NCBI GenBank assembly: GCA_964658395.1
Contig: CAZZYQ010000017.1
Coordinates: forward strand, 982-64,981
DNA: 64,000 bases
Direction: 5' to 3'
Source of the DNA: an uncultured Granulicella sp.
GTDB lineage: Bacteria; Acidobacteriota; Terriglobia; Terriglobales; Acidobacteriaceae
Part shown: piece by piece, positions 8,532 to 17,820 of the stretch
Position numbering within the stretch: the stretch's first letter is position 1
Layout of the letters: each line of letters opens with the position of its first letter
Program-made: the position numbers and the translations under genes
The notes under the pieces: model-generated
Database searches by the model: none
What the model was told of the DNA's origin: nothing
What the model saw: only the letters and a program-made list of their open reading frames with translations

Positions 8532-10250
8532 TCAGGTCTGCAGAACTCCCGGATTGAACCGTGCCACGTCGGGATTCAACGCACACGCCTCGAGCGCCGT
8601 CATGAGAATCTCGCGTGTTTTCGCCGGATCGATGATCGCGTCGATCCACAGCCTGGCCGCGCCGTATCGCGGATCGGCCTGCGCGTCGTACGTTCCCTTG
8701 ATCTCGTCAAAGATCGCCTTCTTCTCGGCCTCGGACAGCAGCTTGCCGCCGCGCTCCATCTGCTTCGCCCGTACCTCGGCCAGGGTCGTCGCGGCGGAAG
8801 CACCGCTCATCACGGCGTATCGCGCCGTTGGCCAGGCAAACAGAAACCGCGGATCGTACGCCTTGCCGCACATCGCATAGTGCCCCGCCCCAAAGCTGCC
8901 GCCGACGATGACCGTGATCTTCGGCACCACGCTGGTGCTGACAGCCGAAACCATCTTGGCGCCCGCGCGTATGATCCCGGACCACTCCGCGTCCTTGCCG
9001 ACCATAAAACCGTTCACGTCGTGCAAGAAGATCAGCGGAATCAGGTTCTGGTTGCAGTCCATGATGAACCGCGCCGCCTTCTGCGCTCCATCGGCATAGA
9101 TGACGCCGCCGACTTCAATCCGCTTGGTGCCTGCTGCCGGGCCCATCGCGACCGTCTGGCTCTGGTTCGTCTTCTGGTTGGCGACGATGCCGACCGCTCT
9201 TCCACCAATGCGCGCATAGCCGCACAGGAGCGTACGCCCGAACTCCGCTTTGTACTCGTCGAATTCGCTTCGGTCGACGATCCGTGCAATCACTTCGCGC
9301 ATGTCATAGACATTGCTGGCACCCGCTTCCGGGCTCAGCAAACCGTATAACTCCTCCACCGCATACCCGGGCGCATCCTGCTTTGCATCGAAGGCCACGC
9401 GGCTGAAGGGCGCAGCCGGACGTTCGCCCATCTTTCCAACCAGCGATCTCAGCCGCGCAATGCACATGTGGTCGTTGGCTTCCTTGAAGTCGACTGTGCC
9501 TGAGATCTCCGAGTGCATGGCCGCGCCGCCAAGCTCCTCCGCACCCGTCTTCTGGCCAATCGCCGCCTGCACCAGCGACGGCCCAGCCAGGAACAGCCCG
9601 GAGCCTTCGGTCATCAGTACCGTGTCCGTCATGACCGGAAGATACGCCCCGCCCGCGACGCACATTCCCATGATCGCCGTGATCTGCGGCACTCCCAGTG
9701 AACTCATCACGGCGTTATTGCGAAAAACCCGGCCAAAGTCGTCCGTATCTGGAAACACATCTTCCTGCAGCGGTAGAAACACGCCCGAGGAGTCCACCAG
9801 GTAGAGTGTCGGTATTCGATTTTCAAGAGCGATCGTCTGGGCACGCAGCACCTTCTTCGCCGTCATCGGGAAGAACGCCCCCGCCTTCACGGTAGCGTCG
9901 TTGGCTACAATCATGCACAGCCGTCCGCTCACCCTTCCCAGGCCGGTTACCACTCCGGCGCCGGGTGCTCCGCCGTACTCGGCGTACATGCCGTAGGCGG
10001 CCCAGAGTCCTAACTCAAGAAGTTCGGTCCCTTCATCCAGCAGCAGGGCAAGCCGCTCCCGAACCGTAAGCCGCCCCTTTGCGCGCTGCGCCTCAGCAGC
10101 CTTCGCGCCGCCGCCCGACTGGATGGATGATTCCTCCGCTGCGAGACTTGTAATCAGGGCTTCGACTGCCGTCCGATTCTTCAGGAAGCGGGGCGCGGCC
10201 ATGTCGAGCTTCGAACGCACGGTGTTCCCAAAGTTCAGATCATCTGCCAT
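8532..10250 (-). CDS. Methylcrotonoyl-CoA carboxylase beta subunit (acyl-CoA carboxyltransferase)
   Basis: 572-aa carboxyltransferase with two crotonase-like halves (e.g. GMCVAGGAYLPVMTD, VIVGGSFGAGHYAMCG). The substrate assignment comes from context with liu-type genes. Confidence 0.8.
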   Translation of the reverse strand: MADDLNFGNTVRSKLDMAAPRFLKNRTAVEALITSLAAEESSIQSGGGAKAAEAQRAKGRLTVRERLALLLDEGTELLELGLWAAYGMYAEYGGAPGAGVVTGLGRVSGRLCMIVANDATVKAGAFFPMTAKKVLRAQTIALENRIPTLYLVDSSGVFLPLQEDVFPDTDDFGRVFRNNAVMSSLGVPQITAIMGMCVAGGAYLPVMTDTVLMTEGSGLFLAGPSLVQAAIGQKTGAEELGGAAMHSEISGTVDFKEANDHMCIARLRSLVGKMGERPAAPFSRVAFDAKQDAPGYAVEELYGLLSPEAGASNVYDMREVIARIVDRSEFDEYKAEFGRTLLCGYARIGGRAVGIVANQKTNQSQTVAMGPAAGTKRIEVGGVIYADGAQKAARFIMDCNQNLIPLIFLHDVNGFMVGKDAEWSGIIRAGAKMVSAVSTSVVPKITVIVGGSFGAGHYAMCGKAYDPRFLFAWPTARYAVMSGASAATTLAEVRAKQMERGGKLLSEAEKKAIFDEIKGTYDAQADPRYGAARLWIDAIIDPAKTREILMTALEACALNPDVARFNPGVLQT

Positions 10251-10271
10251 CGTCGTACAAGGCTATACCAA

Positions 10272-10958
10272 CTAGGCGCTGCGACCCCGCTCGTAGTGAA
10301 AGTGCAACTCCTGCTCGCTGACTACGGGAGTGCCGTCTTTCGTCGCCGGGTGGAAGATCCAGCCTTGTACCGTCGCGATTACGCTTTCGTCCACGCCGTA
10401 GCCGACTCCGCTGAGTTTCTTCAACCCCACGATGCGGCCCGTTGTGTCGATCGTAATATCGAGGACGACTTCGCCCGAAGTTCCACGTGGCAGCGAACTC
10501 AGGTCTGGCCGGGGCGAGCGAAAGGAGTCCAGATAAGCGATGTTTATGTTGCCATTGCCAAGAGCGTCAGCCCCGCTCGCCGCGGTTGGATCAGCCGAAG
10601 CAGGAGAGTTTTTGACCATCGAGGACGCTGTCGTCTGACGCGCATCGCTCGCTGTGGTTGGCTGAACAGTTGAAGTTCTGGTTGCTAGATCAGGTGCCTG
10701 CAGCTTTGCCTTCGCAACTTGGACTGACTTGACCGGCACCTTTGTCTCCCAGACGGTTGTTGCTTGCGGAGCGCGTCCAGGCAGATAGGTCAGCGTCATC
10801 CGAGTGCCATGGGCGTCTCCCGGCATCAACATCGGCGCGACATAGCCGTGGCTCCTGTACCCCAGCAGCCCCATGGCGGCTACGTGGAGCAATGCCGCAA
10901 GCACAACTCGGCCATACAGTGGACTGAAGCGCGGTTCAGGTTCGCCGATGCTCATCAC
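10272..10958 (-). CDS. TonB family energy-transducer protein
   Basis: N-terminal TM segment, then a Thr/Ala/Pro-rich linker. C-terminal TonB_C-like GEVVLDITIDTTGRIVGLKKLSGVGYGVDESVIATVQGWIFHPATKDG. Confidence 0.6.
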   Translation of the reverse strand: MMSIGEPEPRFSPLYGRVVLAALLHVAAMGLLGYRSHGYVAPMLMPGDAHGTRMTLTYLPGRAPQATTVWETKVPVKSVQVAKAKLQAPDLATRTSTVQPTTASDARQTTASSMVKNSPASADPTAASGADALGNGNINIAYLDSFRSPRPDLSSLPRGTSGEVVLDITIDTTGRIVGLKKLSGVGYGVDESVIATVQGWIFHPATKDGTPVVSEQELHFHYERGRSA

Positions 10959-11010
10959 AGTTAGACTCCTGGCCGCCTTGTTTGCCTGCTCTAATCGACA
11001 GGCTTATCTA

Positions 11011-11649
11011 TCAGCCGACGAGGTGCCCCATCTTCTCACGCTTTACCTTGAGGTATTCCTCAAAGGTAGGCTCGCTGGGCACATCGGCGGAGAGCCGCTC
11101 CACAACGTCGATCCCGGCCGAGACCAGCGCCTCAACCTTTTCCGGATTGTTCGTCATCAGGCGAACAGCCTTCACGCCCAGCATCTTCAGCATCTCTGCC
11201 GGAAGTTCGAACTCGCGGCAATCCGCCTTGTAGCCAAGTTCAAGGTTCGCCTCGATTGTGTCGCGACCGTGGTCCTGAAGCTCATACGCGCGCAGCTTGG
11301 CCATCAGGCCAATACCCCTGCCCTCCTGCTGTTCGTAGAGGAGGATGCCGGCACCCCTGTCGGCGATGGTGGCCAACGCAAGCTCGAGCTGCTGCCGGCA
11401 ATCGCACCGGAGCGAGTGAAAGACATCGCCGGTCAGGCACTGCGAATGGATGCGTACGACCGGCGGCTCGGAGTGCACATCGCCCATGACCAATGCCACA
11501 GCAGATTCAACCCGCTTCAGCGGGGCGGGCATATCAGCGTTGCACGGCTCAGGACGGTCGACGACTCCTTCGAAGCCGTAGATGCGGAACTGTCCCCAGC
11601 GAGTGGGAAAATCCGCGCTGGCGATCTGGCGTACAGACTCAAACGGCAT
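11011..11649 (-). CDS. ribA: GTP cyclohydrolase II
   Basis: Zinc/catalytic motif HSQCLTGDVFHSLRCDCRQQLE and EGRGIGLMAKLRAYELQD. Confidence 0.85.
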   Translation of the reverse strand: MPFESVRQIASADFPTRWGQFRIYGFEGVVDRPEPCNADMPAPLKRVESAVALVMGDVHSEPPVVRIHSQCLTGDVFHSLRCDCRQQLELALATIADRGAGILLYEQQEGRGIGLMAKLRAYELQDHGRDTIEANLELGYKADCREFELPAEMLKMLGVKAVRLMTNNPEKVEALVSAGIDVVERLSADVPSEPTFEEYLKVKREKMGHLVG

Positions 11650-11704
11650 CTGTCGATTATACGTTTGTCGCCAAACCGTGGTCGCAGACCGGCCGCGCCA
11701 TGCT

Positions 11705-12169
11705 TCAACGCAGGAGCGTTTTTGTATACACCAGAGCGTCTAGCCCGGCCCGGCTGTAAAACTTTCTGGCTCGTCCGGCACGTTGATACTTCATGCCTTC
11801 ATAGAAACGGATGGCGGCGGCATTTCCCACTGCAACGTGCAGATCGACGCGCAACGCGCCGGCCGCATGCGCCGCATCCTCGGCGTGCCGCAGCAGCTCT
11901 GTACCAATTCCCCGGCCATGAGCGGCCGGTGCGACATCAATCGTGACCAGGTAACCACGGCGGCTCGCCTTCTGCCCTTCCAGATGAAGGATCACAAAAC
12001 CGGCCAAGTCCTCCGCCGCATCGTCTTCCGCCAAAAGGACGATCGCTCCACGCGCTTCGGCAAACTCCTTCATCGTTGGGCGATCGAACCGGAAAAACTC
12101 GTCAAAGCAGAGATCGTCCAGCCGGGTCATCGCGTCAACATCTCCTTCACGGTATCCGCGAATCCGCAC
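11705..12169 (-). CDS. GNAT family N-acetyltransferase
   Basis: 154 aa. Acetyl-CoA binding region VAPAAHGRGIGTELLRHAEDAA. GTG start. Confidence 0.75.
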   Translation of the reverse strand: MRIRGYREGDVDAMTRLDDLCFDEFFRFDRPTMKEFAEARGAIVLLAEDDAAEDLAGFVILHLEGQKASRRGYLVTIDVAPAAHGRGIGTELLRHAEDAAHAAGALRVDLHVAVGNAAAIRFYEGMKYQRAGRARKFYSRAGLDALVYTKTLLR

Positions 12170-12436
12170 GTTCCCTCCCGACAGGACGTTCGCCGGACCT
12201 GTCCATATTCGAACGTGAGGACATCAGCGGCCGCCCCTCAAGGGTGGACGTACGTCCCGCGATGCCGCGTACGCCGCTGATATACCTCGGGAAGGTCGAT
12301 GAAGATCCACGCTTCTTCTCGCGCATCTACGGCGGTGAGATCGAGTTTGTACCGGACTCGAACGGATTCTACTCAACGCTGTTGTACCGCGAAGGCTCAC
12401 TGAGTTGACGGCGGAACGGAGTGACCCGCCCAGGAA

Positions 12437-13588
12437 CTACACAGCGACGGTGAATGAGTCTTCGCTGCGCGTCACCGCGCGGTACAGCGTATCGCGTTCG
12501 AAGGGAACGCGGCCGGCTTCCGTGATGAGGCGAATCAGGTCGGACCGCCGCATTCCCTGGGGCGTCGTGGCACCAGCATCGTGGTATATCTTCTCTTCGA
12601 TCACCGTTCCATCGACATCGTCCGCGCCAAATCGCAGGGCGATCTGGGCGATCTGCGGCGTCATCATCTGCCAGTAAGCCTTGATGTGGCTAAAGTTGTC
12701 GAGCATGAGCCGGCCGACAGCGATCTGGCGAACGTCGAGCATGCCGGTCGTCTTTGGGATATGTCCGAGAACGGTGTTGTCCGGATGAAACGCGAGCGGA
12801 ATGAACGTCTGGAAGCCGCCCGTCTCGTCCTGCACGGCGCGAAGCCGCATCAGGTGGTCGACCCGGTCCTCATCGTTCTCCACATGGCCATAGAGCATGG
12901 TTGCATTCGACCGAAGGCCCATCCTGTGGGCTGTGGCAGCCGTCTCCAGCCACTCGCCGCCGTCAATCTTGTGGTCGCAGATGATATGCCTGACGCGGTC
13001 GGCGAAGATCTCTGCCCCGCCGCCCGGCATCGAGTCCACCCCAGCGTCCTTCATCCGCTGGATGGCTTCGGGGATGGTCATCTTGCCGCGCTTGGCGAGA
13101 AAGGCGATCTCCACCATGGTGAAAGCTTTGACATGCACCTGAGGGAAGCGGACCTTCAGCCCACGAACGAGGTCCATGAAGTATTCGAAGGGCAGGTCGG
13201 GATGCAGACCGCCGACGATGTGGAACTCGGTGACCGCCTCTGTGTACCCTGAGGCAGCGGTCTCCCATGCCTCTTCGAGCGCCATCGTGTAGGTGCCCGC
13301 GTCGCCCTTTTTCCGACCAAACGCGCAGAGACGGCAGGATGCAACGCAGACGTTCGTCGGATTGATGTGGCGGTTTACGTTGAAGTAGGCGACGTCGCCA
13401 TGCATCTTCTCGCGTACGAAGTTGGCGAGCCATCCAACTGCGAGAACGTCCGGGGACCGATAGAGCGCGACACCATCGTCGAAGTTCAGCCGCTCTCCGG
13501 CCTTCACCTTTTCTGCGAGCGGCAACAGCGAAGGATCACTCGTCTGGAAACCGTGCCGTCCGCGCGAGTTCAGTACCGCATCCGCCAT
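12437..13588 (-). CDS. mqnE: Futalosine-pathway radical SAM enzyme (aminofutalosine synthase MqnE-like; MqnC not excluded)
   Basis: Radical SAM CxxxCxxC (CVASCRLCAF), 383 aa, with overall MqnE/MqnC-like layout. Confidence 0.65.
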   Translation of the reverse strand: MADAVLNSRGRHGFQTSDPSLLPLAEKVKAGERLNFDDGVALYRSPDVLAVGWLANFVREKMHGDVAYFNVNRHINPTNVCVASCRLCAFGRKKGDAGTYTMALEEAWETAASGYTEAVTEFHIVGGLHPDLPFEYFMDLVRGLKVRFPQVHVKAFTMVEIAFLAKRGKMTIPEAIQRMKDAGVDSMPGGGAEIFADRVRHIICDHKIDGGEWLETAATAHRMGLRSNATMLYGHVENDEDRVDHLMRLRAVQDETGGFQTFIPLAFHPDNTVLGHIPKTTGMLDVRQIAVGRLMLDNFSHIKAYWQMMTPQIAQIALRFGADDVDGTVIEEKIYHDAGATTPQGMRRSDLIRLITEAGRVPFERDTLYRAVTRSEDSFTVAV

Positions 13589-13636
13589 GGCTCTATTCTA
13601 TTCCTGCCCCCCTAACCTTGCCGACACATGCGGGCT

Positions 13637-15673
13637 TCAGTGGCTGGCAAGTTCCTTCGACTCAACCATGCGCGGCTGCACTACGACCCCATCAAACCGC
13701 GTGGCGCCCAGCAGGTAGTCCCCGACGGGCCGCACGAAGCGGAGGTTCCATCCGGCGTCCCACGCCTTCACCGTCCGGTCGGGCAGATGGATGGAAAACA
13801 CCAGAGTCGAAGCGCCGTTGGAGGTTATCAGGAGGCGGCCGGCTGGCTGATCCAGGTAGATGTTGTTCACATCCGGGACGAAGAGATTCTTCAGGCCCTC
13901 CCAGGTCGCGCCGCCATCGGATGAGAGAAAGATGCCTTCCCGTCCGCCGATCCACAATCCCCCGGTCTGGTCGACCGCAACCGCTCCGATCTGCGTCAGC
14001 GAGGGCGGCATTGGAATGGAATGCCACGTCTTGCCCATGTCCTGAGAGAGAGTTACATGCTTCAAGCTCGACATCAGAACCGTAGATTGCACGTTGGCCA
14101 GGTATCTCCACGGCTCTGGTTCGGGACCCTCAACCTGCTTCCATGGCTGCGATGGATCCACCGTGGCAAACGCGCCTTCTGAGGTGACCGCATACAGTTG
14201 ATCGCCGACCCGCGCGATTGTGGTCACACCGGGCTCAACACGCTTTACCTCAGGCTTCTTCGCCACCACACGTGCCTTTTGCGGCTGAACGGCGACTGCC
14301 GTATGCGCGCCGCGTTTGCCGGCCGTCCTGCGCGGCGGGGGCGCTTCAACTGCGGGAGGAGTGGGCACGAGATCGCCCGCCTTCCGCCATGCTTGCAGCG
14401 CCTGATCGTAAAGGTAGAGGCCACGCTCCGTACCGGCGACCAGAGTGCCGTTCGCGGCTTCGCCCAGGCTGAAGACATCGCGGCCCTCAAGGCCGTCCGC
14501 TCGCTGGGTCCAGGTCAGGCCACCGTCTTTGCTGGAGAAGACTCCGCCTGCCTTCTTGTCGTTCACCACGCCGACGTACAACTCGCCGGGATGCTGGGAG
14601 TCCGCAAGGAACGAGGTAACCTGCCGCGCAGAGAAGCCCGCGTTGGTTCCAGCGAAGCTGACCGCGCCATCATTACTGGTGAGAACGCCGCCCCGGTCCG
14701 TCGCCAGCATGACATGCTTCGAGTTGGCCGGATCGACGTACACATCGTTGATGATGACTTCAGGCCCAGTTGCACGGCTCCAGGTTGTTCCGGAATCGTC
14801 CGTGCGGTAGAGCCCCTCAGTCGTACCCGCGAACACGGTTGCTGGGTGGCTGGGATCCTGCATCAGGACCCTGGTGCGGCGCGCGGTCGACGGAATCCCC
14901 TGAATCTTCTTGAACGTAGTGCCCGCGCTGTCGCTTCGGTAGATTCCTGAGCACGCGCTTGCGTAGACTACGTTCGGCTGCTTCGGGTCAACGATGATCG
15001 AGAAGACATCGGAGTCCTCAATGATTCCCTGCTTGATGTTGTTCCAGTGCTCACCGCCGTCTGTCGTCTTCCATGGAAGGTGCCAGGTTCCGGCATAGAT
15101 CGTCTGCGGATTCACCGGATCGATCGCAATCGATTCCACCTCGTGGATCTCCTGGCTTCCGGCTGGGCTGATGCGCTTCCAATGTGTTCCACCGTCCATC
15201 GATTGGAAGACGCCCTGCAGCGTCCCGGCAACGATGATCTTGCCATCGGACGGTGCGATCGTAAGCGCCCGGATTGACTCGCCCTTCATCTCGGGGTTCG
15301 GAGACCAGGTCACGCCCCCATCCACACTGGCAAACAAGCCGCCATCCGAGCTGCCCAGTACCCAGGTACCCACCAGCACATGCTTCGATTCCGCTGGATC
15401 CACCACGATGTTGTCGATGACGAGGTCGTCACGGTTCCCTACACGCGCCAGTCGTTTCCAGGTCTTGCCGCCGTCGTGCGAGTCATAGATCCAACCGTTG
15501 GCCGCTCCCAAATATAGATGACTGTGGTCGCGAGGATCAGCAGCAAAGGCTCGGGCGTCGCCACCATCCGGACCGAACGGAAACCAGGGAGCCGCGAAGG
15601 AACGGGTTGAAAGAGCAACAAGGGCAAAGGACAGAACAATGGGGAGCCGGACAGATAAGCGATTCAGTTTCAT
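13637..15673 (-). CDS. Secreted Asp-box (BNR) repeat beta-propeller protein
   Basis: Signal peptide MKLNRLSVRLPIVLSFALVALSTRSFA. At least eight S-x-D-x-G-x-T-W boxes: SHDGGKTW, SVDGGVTW, SMDGGTHW, TTDGGEHW, TDDSGTTW, SKDGGLTW, SQDMGKTW, SSDGGATW. Confidence 0.6.
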   Translation of the reverse strand: MKLNRLSVRLPIVLSFALVALSTRSFAAPWFPFGPDGGDARAFAADPRDHSHLYLGAANGWIYDSHDGGKTWKRLARVGNRDDLVIDNIVVDPAESKHVLVGTWVLGSSDGGLFASVDGGVTWSPNPEMKGESIRALTIAPSDGKIIVAGTLQGVFQSMDGGTHWKRISPAGSQEIHEVESIAIDPVNPQTIYAGTWHLPWKTTDGGEHWNNIKQGIIEDSDVFSIIVDPKQPNVVYASACSGIYRSDSAGTTFKKIQGIPSTARRTRVLMQDPSHPATVFAGTTEGLYRTDDSGTTWSRATGPEVIINDVYVDPANSKHVMLATDRGGVLTSNDGAVSFAGTNAGFSARQVTSFLADSQHPGELYVGVVNDKKAGGVFSSKDGGLTWTQRADGLEGRDVFSLGEAANGTLVAGTERGLYLYDQALQAWRKAGDLVPTPPAVEAPPPRRTAGKRGAHTAVAVQPQKARVVAKKPEVKRVEPGVTTIARVGDQLYAVTSEGAFATVDPSQPWKQVEGPEPEPWRYLANVQSTVLMSSLKHVTLSQDMGKTWHSIPMPPSLTQIGAVAVDQTGGLWIGGREGIFLSSDGGATWEGLKNLFVPDVNNIYLDQPAGRLLITSNGASTLVFSIHLPDRTVKAWDAGWNLRFVRPVGDYLLGATRFDGVVVQPRMVESKELASH

Positions 15674-15782
15674 GTTTAGATGTTTCTCTCTACCAAGTTT
15701 ACTGCTGTGGCTGTTCTGCGTCAGTGACTTCGACGTTTCATGGCGCTGTTTTTCTCACACTGGAGCCTGAAAAGGTACGTGC

Positions 15783-15823
15783 AAAAAAACAGAGGCTGAC
15801 TGTGTCCAACCAGTCAGCCTCTG
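15783..15823 (-). terminator. Rho-independent terminator of the OmpA-family gene
   Basis: Perfect 13-bp stem (15790-15802 cagaggctgactg / 15811-15823 cagtcagcctctg) with an 8-nt loop. On the minus strand it is followed by T7 (plus-strand a7 at 15783-15789). It starts 21 nt after the stop codon. Confidence 0.8.
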
Positions 15824-15844
15824 CACGTCCGTACGGTTCAGCAA

Positions 15845-17491
15845 CTACTTCTTCTTGTGATGAACAGCCTTGGCGATCTTTCTTGGGATCGCCTTGAAGA
15901 CGTTCTCGTCGACCGGGGTTGCGCCGTCCGGCGAGAAGGTAGCGCCGGCGGGAATCAGGGTTGTCGTGTCGGTCTTGGCATCGGCTGTGCCGGTGTAGAC
16001 CGTGATGCGGGAGCTATCAATGCCCTTTTCAGTGACCAGATAGTCCTTGGCGTTTACAGCGCGTTCCGCAGCGAACTTGCCGGACTTCTTCTCTGTGCTG
16101 CCGACGTTGCCAACGATTGCAACCTTCGCATCGGTGGAGCGCTGCAGGTTCAGAGCGATTTCATCCAGGCAGGCCTTTGCTTCGTTGTCCACCCGGGTCG
16201 GCCGCTTCTTGTCACGATCGAAGCTGATCGAGCACAGAGAGCTGGTCGTCGGAGCAGGCGGCGGAGCAGGAGCGTTGATCGTCACAGAGGTCTGTGCCGA
16301 TGCGGTCTGGCCCTTGTCGTCCACTACGTTGCAAGTAATGGTGATCGTTCCAGGAGCCGCGCCGGTGGTCGACAGTGTGGTCGAGGCCGTGCTGCCGCTG
16401 ATCGAACCAGAGGTTGCGCTGTAGCTGTAGGTGAGAGGACGGTTTTGCGGGCTGTTTGCCGTCGATGTGATGGTTGCGGAGTCGCCGGGGGCGATCGTCG
16501 AGGGGCTGGCAGAGCAACTGATGGTCGGCGGCTCAAACGGCTTGACTGTAAAGGACGCGGTGCAGTCTGCCATCTGGCCCGGCTTGGTGCCTTCGGAGAC
16601 ATGCCCCTTCACGTTGTAGGTGCCAGGAGCAAGGGTCTTCGTGTCAATGTTTCCGGTGCTGGAGCTTCCCGAGATCGTGACGCCCGAATCACCCGACCAG
16701 GTGTAGGTGGCCGTCTTCTTCGGATCCAGGTTCGCTGCCGTTCCAGTAACGGTGACAGGATCGCCCGGGTAAACAGACGCCGGCGATACCGTGCAAGCGT
16801 AGGTCACAGGAGGCGGAGGAATGATGTGGCCGAAGTGCATAATGATGCCGGTGTTCAGGTCGACGGCATTCAGATTTGCACGTCCACCACCAGGCTGCGG
16901 TCCGGGCACCGGCGCTGCAACGTATGGGCCGAAGTCGGCGTGAATGTAGCGGTAGTCCGCTTCAAAGAGCCTGAGCGAGAAACGGTTGTTGAAGAAGGGA
17001 AGGTCGTAGTCCATTCCGCCGCCAGCCGTGAGTCCGACGCCCCAGCGATAAGGGTTGTGCGAGAAGCCCGCAGCGCTGTCGTCGTTCGGACCAAGCAGGC
17101 GAGCTCCGCCAGCCAGTCCGTGGGCGAAAACGGTAAAATTCTGGAATGGCGCGCGAACGATGGGGCCGGCGGAGGCCGTGTACAGGCTGTCGTTCCTGCC
17201 GTCCGGATGTGCCACGAAATTGACTTCGCCACCGACGTACTTGTTAAAGTAGTACGCGCCGCTGCCAATCGCGCCGTAATCAACCGATGAGTACGCCACG
17301 CCCGAGGGCTTTAGCGGGCTGTGGGTACCGAAATACGAATAGCCCACGAACACATCGACGCGCGAAGGGTTGGGCCCCAAGGGGGCGGGTGTACTGGGCG
17401 CAGTCTGTGCACTCAGGCTGGCAGCTCCGAAGCTGACTGCACATGCAGCCAGTACGAACCGGCCTATACTGTGAAACGGGCGTTGAACCAT
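15845..17491 (-). CDS. OmpA family outer-membrane protein with two internal Ig-like repeats
   Basis: Signal peptide, N-terminal beta-barrel-like region, two ~90-aa Cys-containing repeats, a Pro-rich hinge and a C-terminal OmpA-like domain. Start placed at ATG 17491, preceded by GGAGG. Confidence 0.7.
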   Translation of the reverse strand: MVQRPFHSIGRFVLAACAVSFGAASLSAQTAPSTPAPLGPNPSRVDVFVGYSYFGTHSPLKPSGVAYSSVDYGAIGSGAYYFNKYVGGEVNFVAHPDGRNDSLYTASAGPIVRAPFQNFTVFAHGLAGGARLLGPNDDSAAGFSHNPYRWGVGLTAGGGMDYDLPFFNNRFSLRLFEADYRYIHADFGPYVAAPVPGPQPGGGRANLNAVDLNTGIIMHFGHIIPPPPVTYACTVSPASVYPGDPVTVTGTAANLDPKKTATYTWSGDSGVTISGSSSTGNIDTKTLAPGTYNVKGHVSEGTKPGQMADCTASFTVKPFEPPTISCSASPSTIAPGDSATITSTANSPQNRPLTYSYSATSGSISGSTASTTLSTTGAAPGTITITCNVVDDKGQTASAQTSVTINAPAPPPAPTTSSLCSISFDRDKKRPTRVDNEAKACLDEIALNLQRSTDAKVAIVGNVGSTEKKSGKFAAERAVNAKDYLVTEKGIDSSRITVYTGTADAKTDTTTLIPAGATFSPDGATPVDENVFKAIPRKIAKAVHHKKK

Positions 17492-17820
17492 TCGACTATC
17501 CTCCGCTGAAATCATATCGATTGCGAGCTTTACTAAGTGAAGCTTCTGCAACGTTGTTAGAATCAAAAGTATACCGCAGGCTTAATCCTTGCTGAACTAA
17601 TTCTGCGATGCGACACTCGTTTGCAAACTGTAGCCAGCAACACGATCTTTTCTACGACTGACGGGCCTTCTGCTTCGAAGAACAGCTAGACGCCACCTTC
17701 GAACACTCGACTCACTCCTGAGCGATAAGCCCTGAATCGATTCCCTTGTGCCGCCTAACGCTCGGCAACTATGCATATCACCAAATAACTTCCGTAGTCC
17801 ATAACCCGTTCGCGCGCCCG

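Noticed and set aside
12244..12408. Possible 48-54-aa ORF (…MPRTPLIYLGKVDEDPRFFSRIYGGEIEFVPDSNGFYSTLLYREGSLS) in the 267-nt gap between the GNAT gene and mqnE.
   Set aside because: It has no recognisable family and no clear SD sequence, and it is convergent on mqnE with its stop 29 nt from it. It could be real or a gene remnant, but I cannot support it from the sequence alone.
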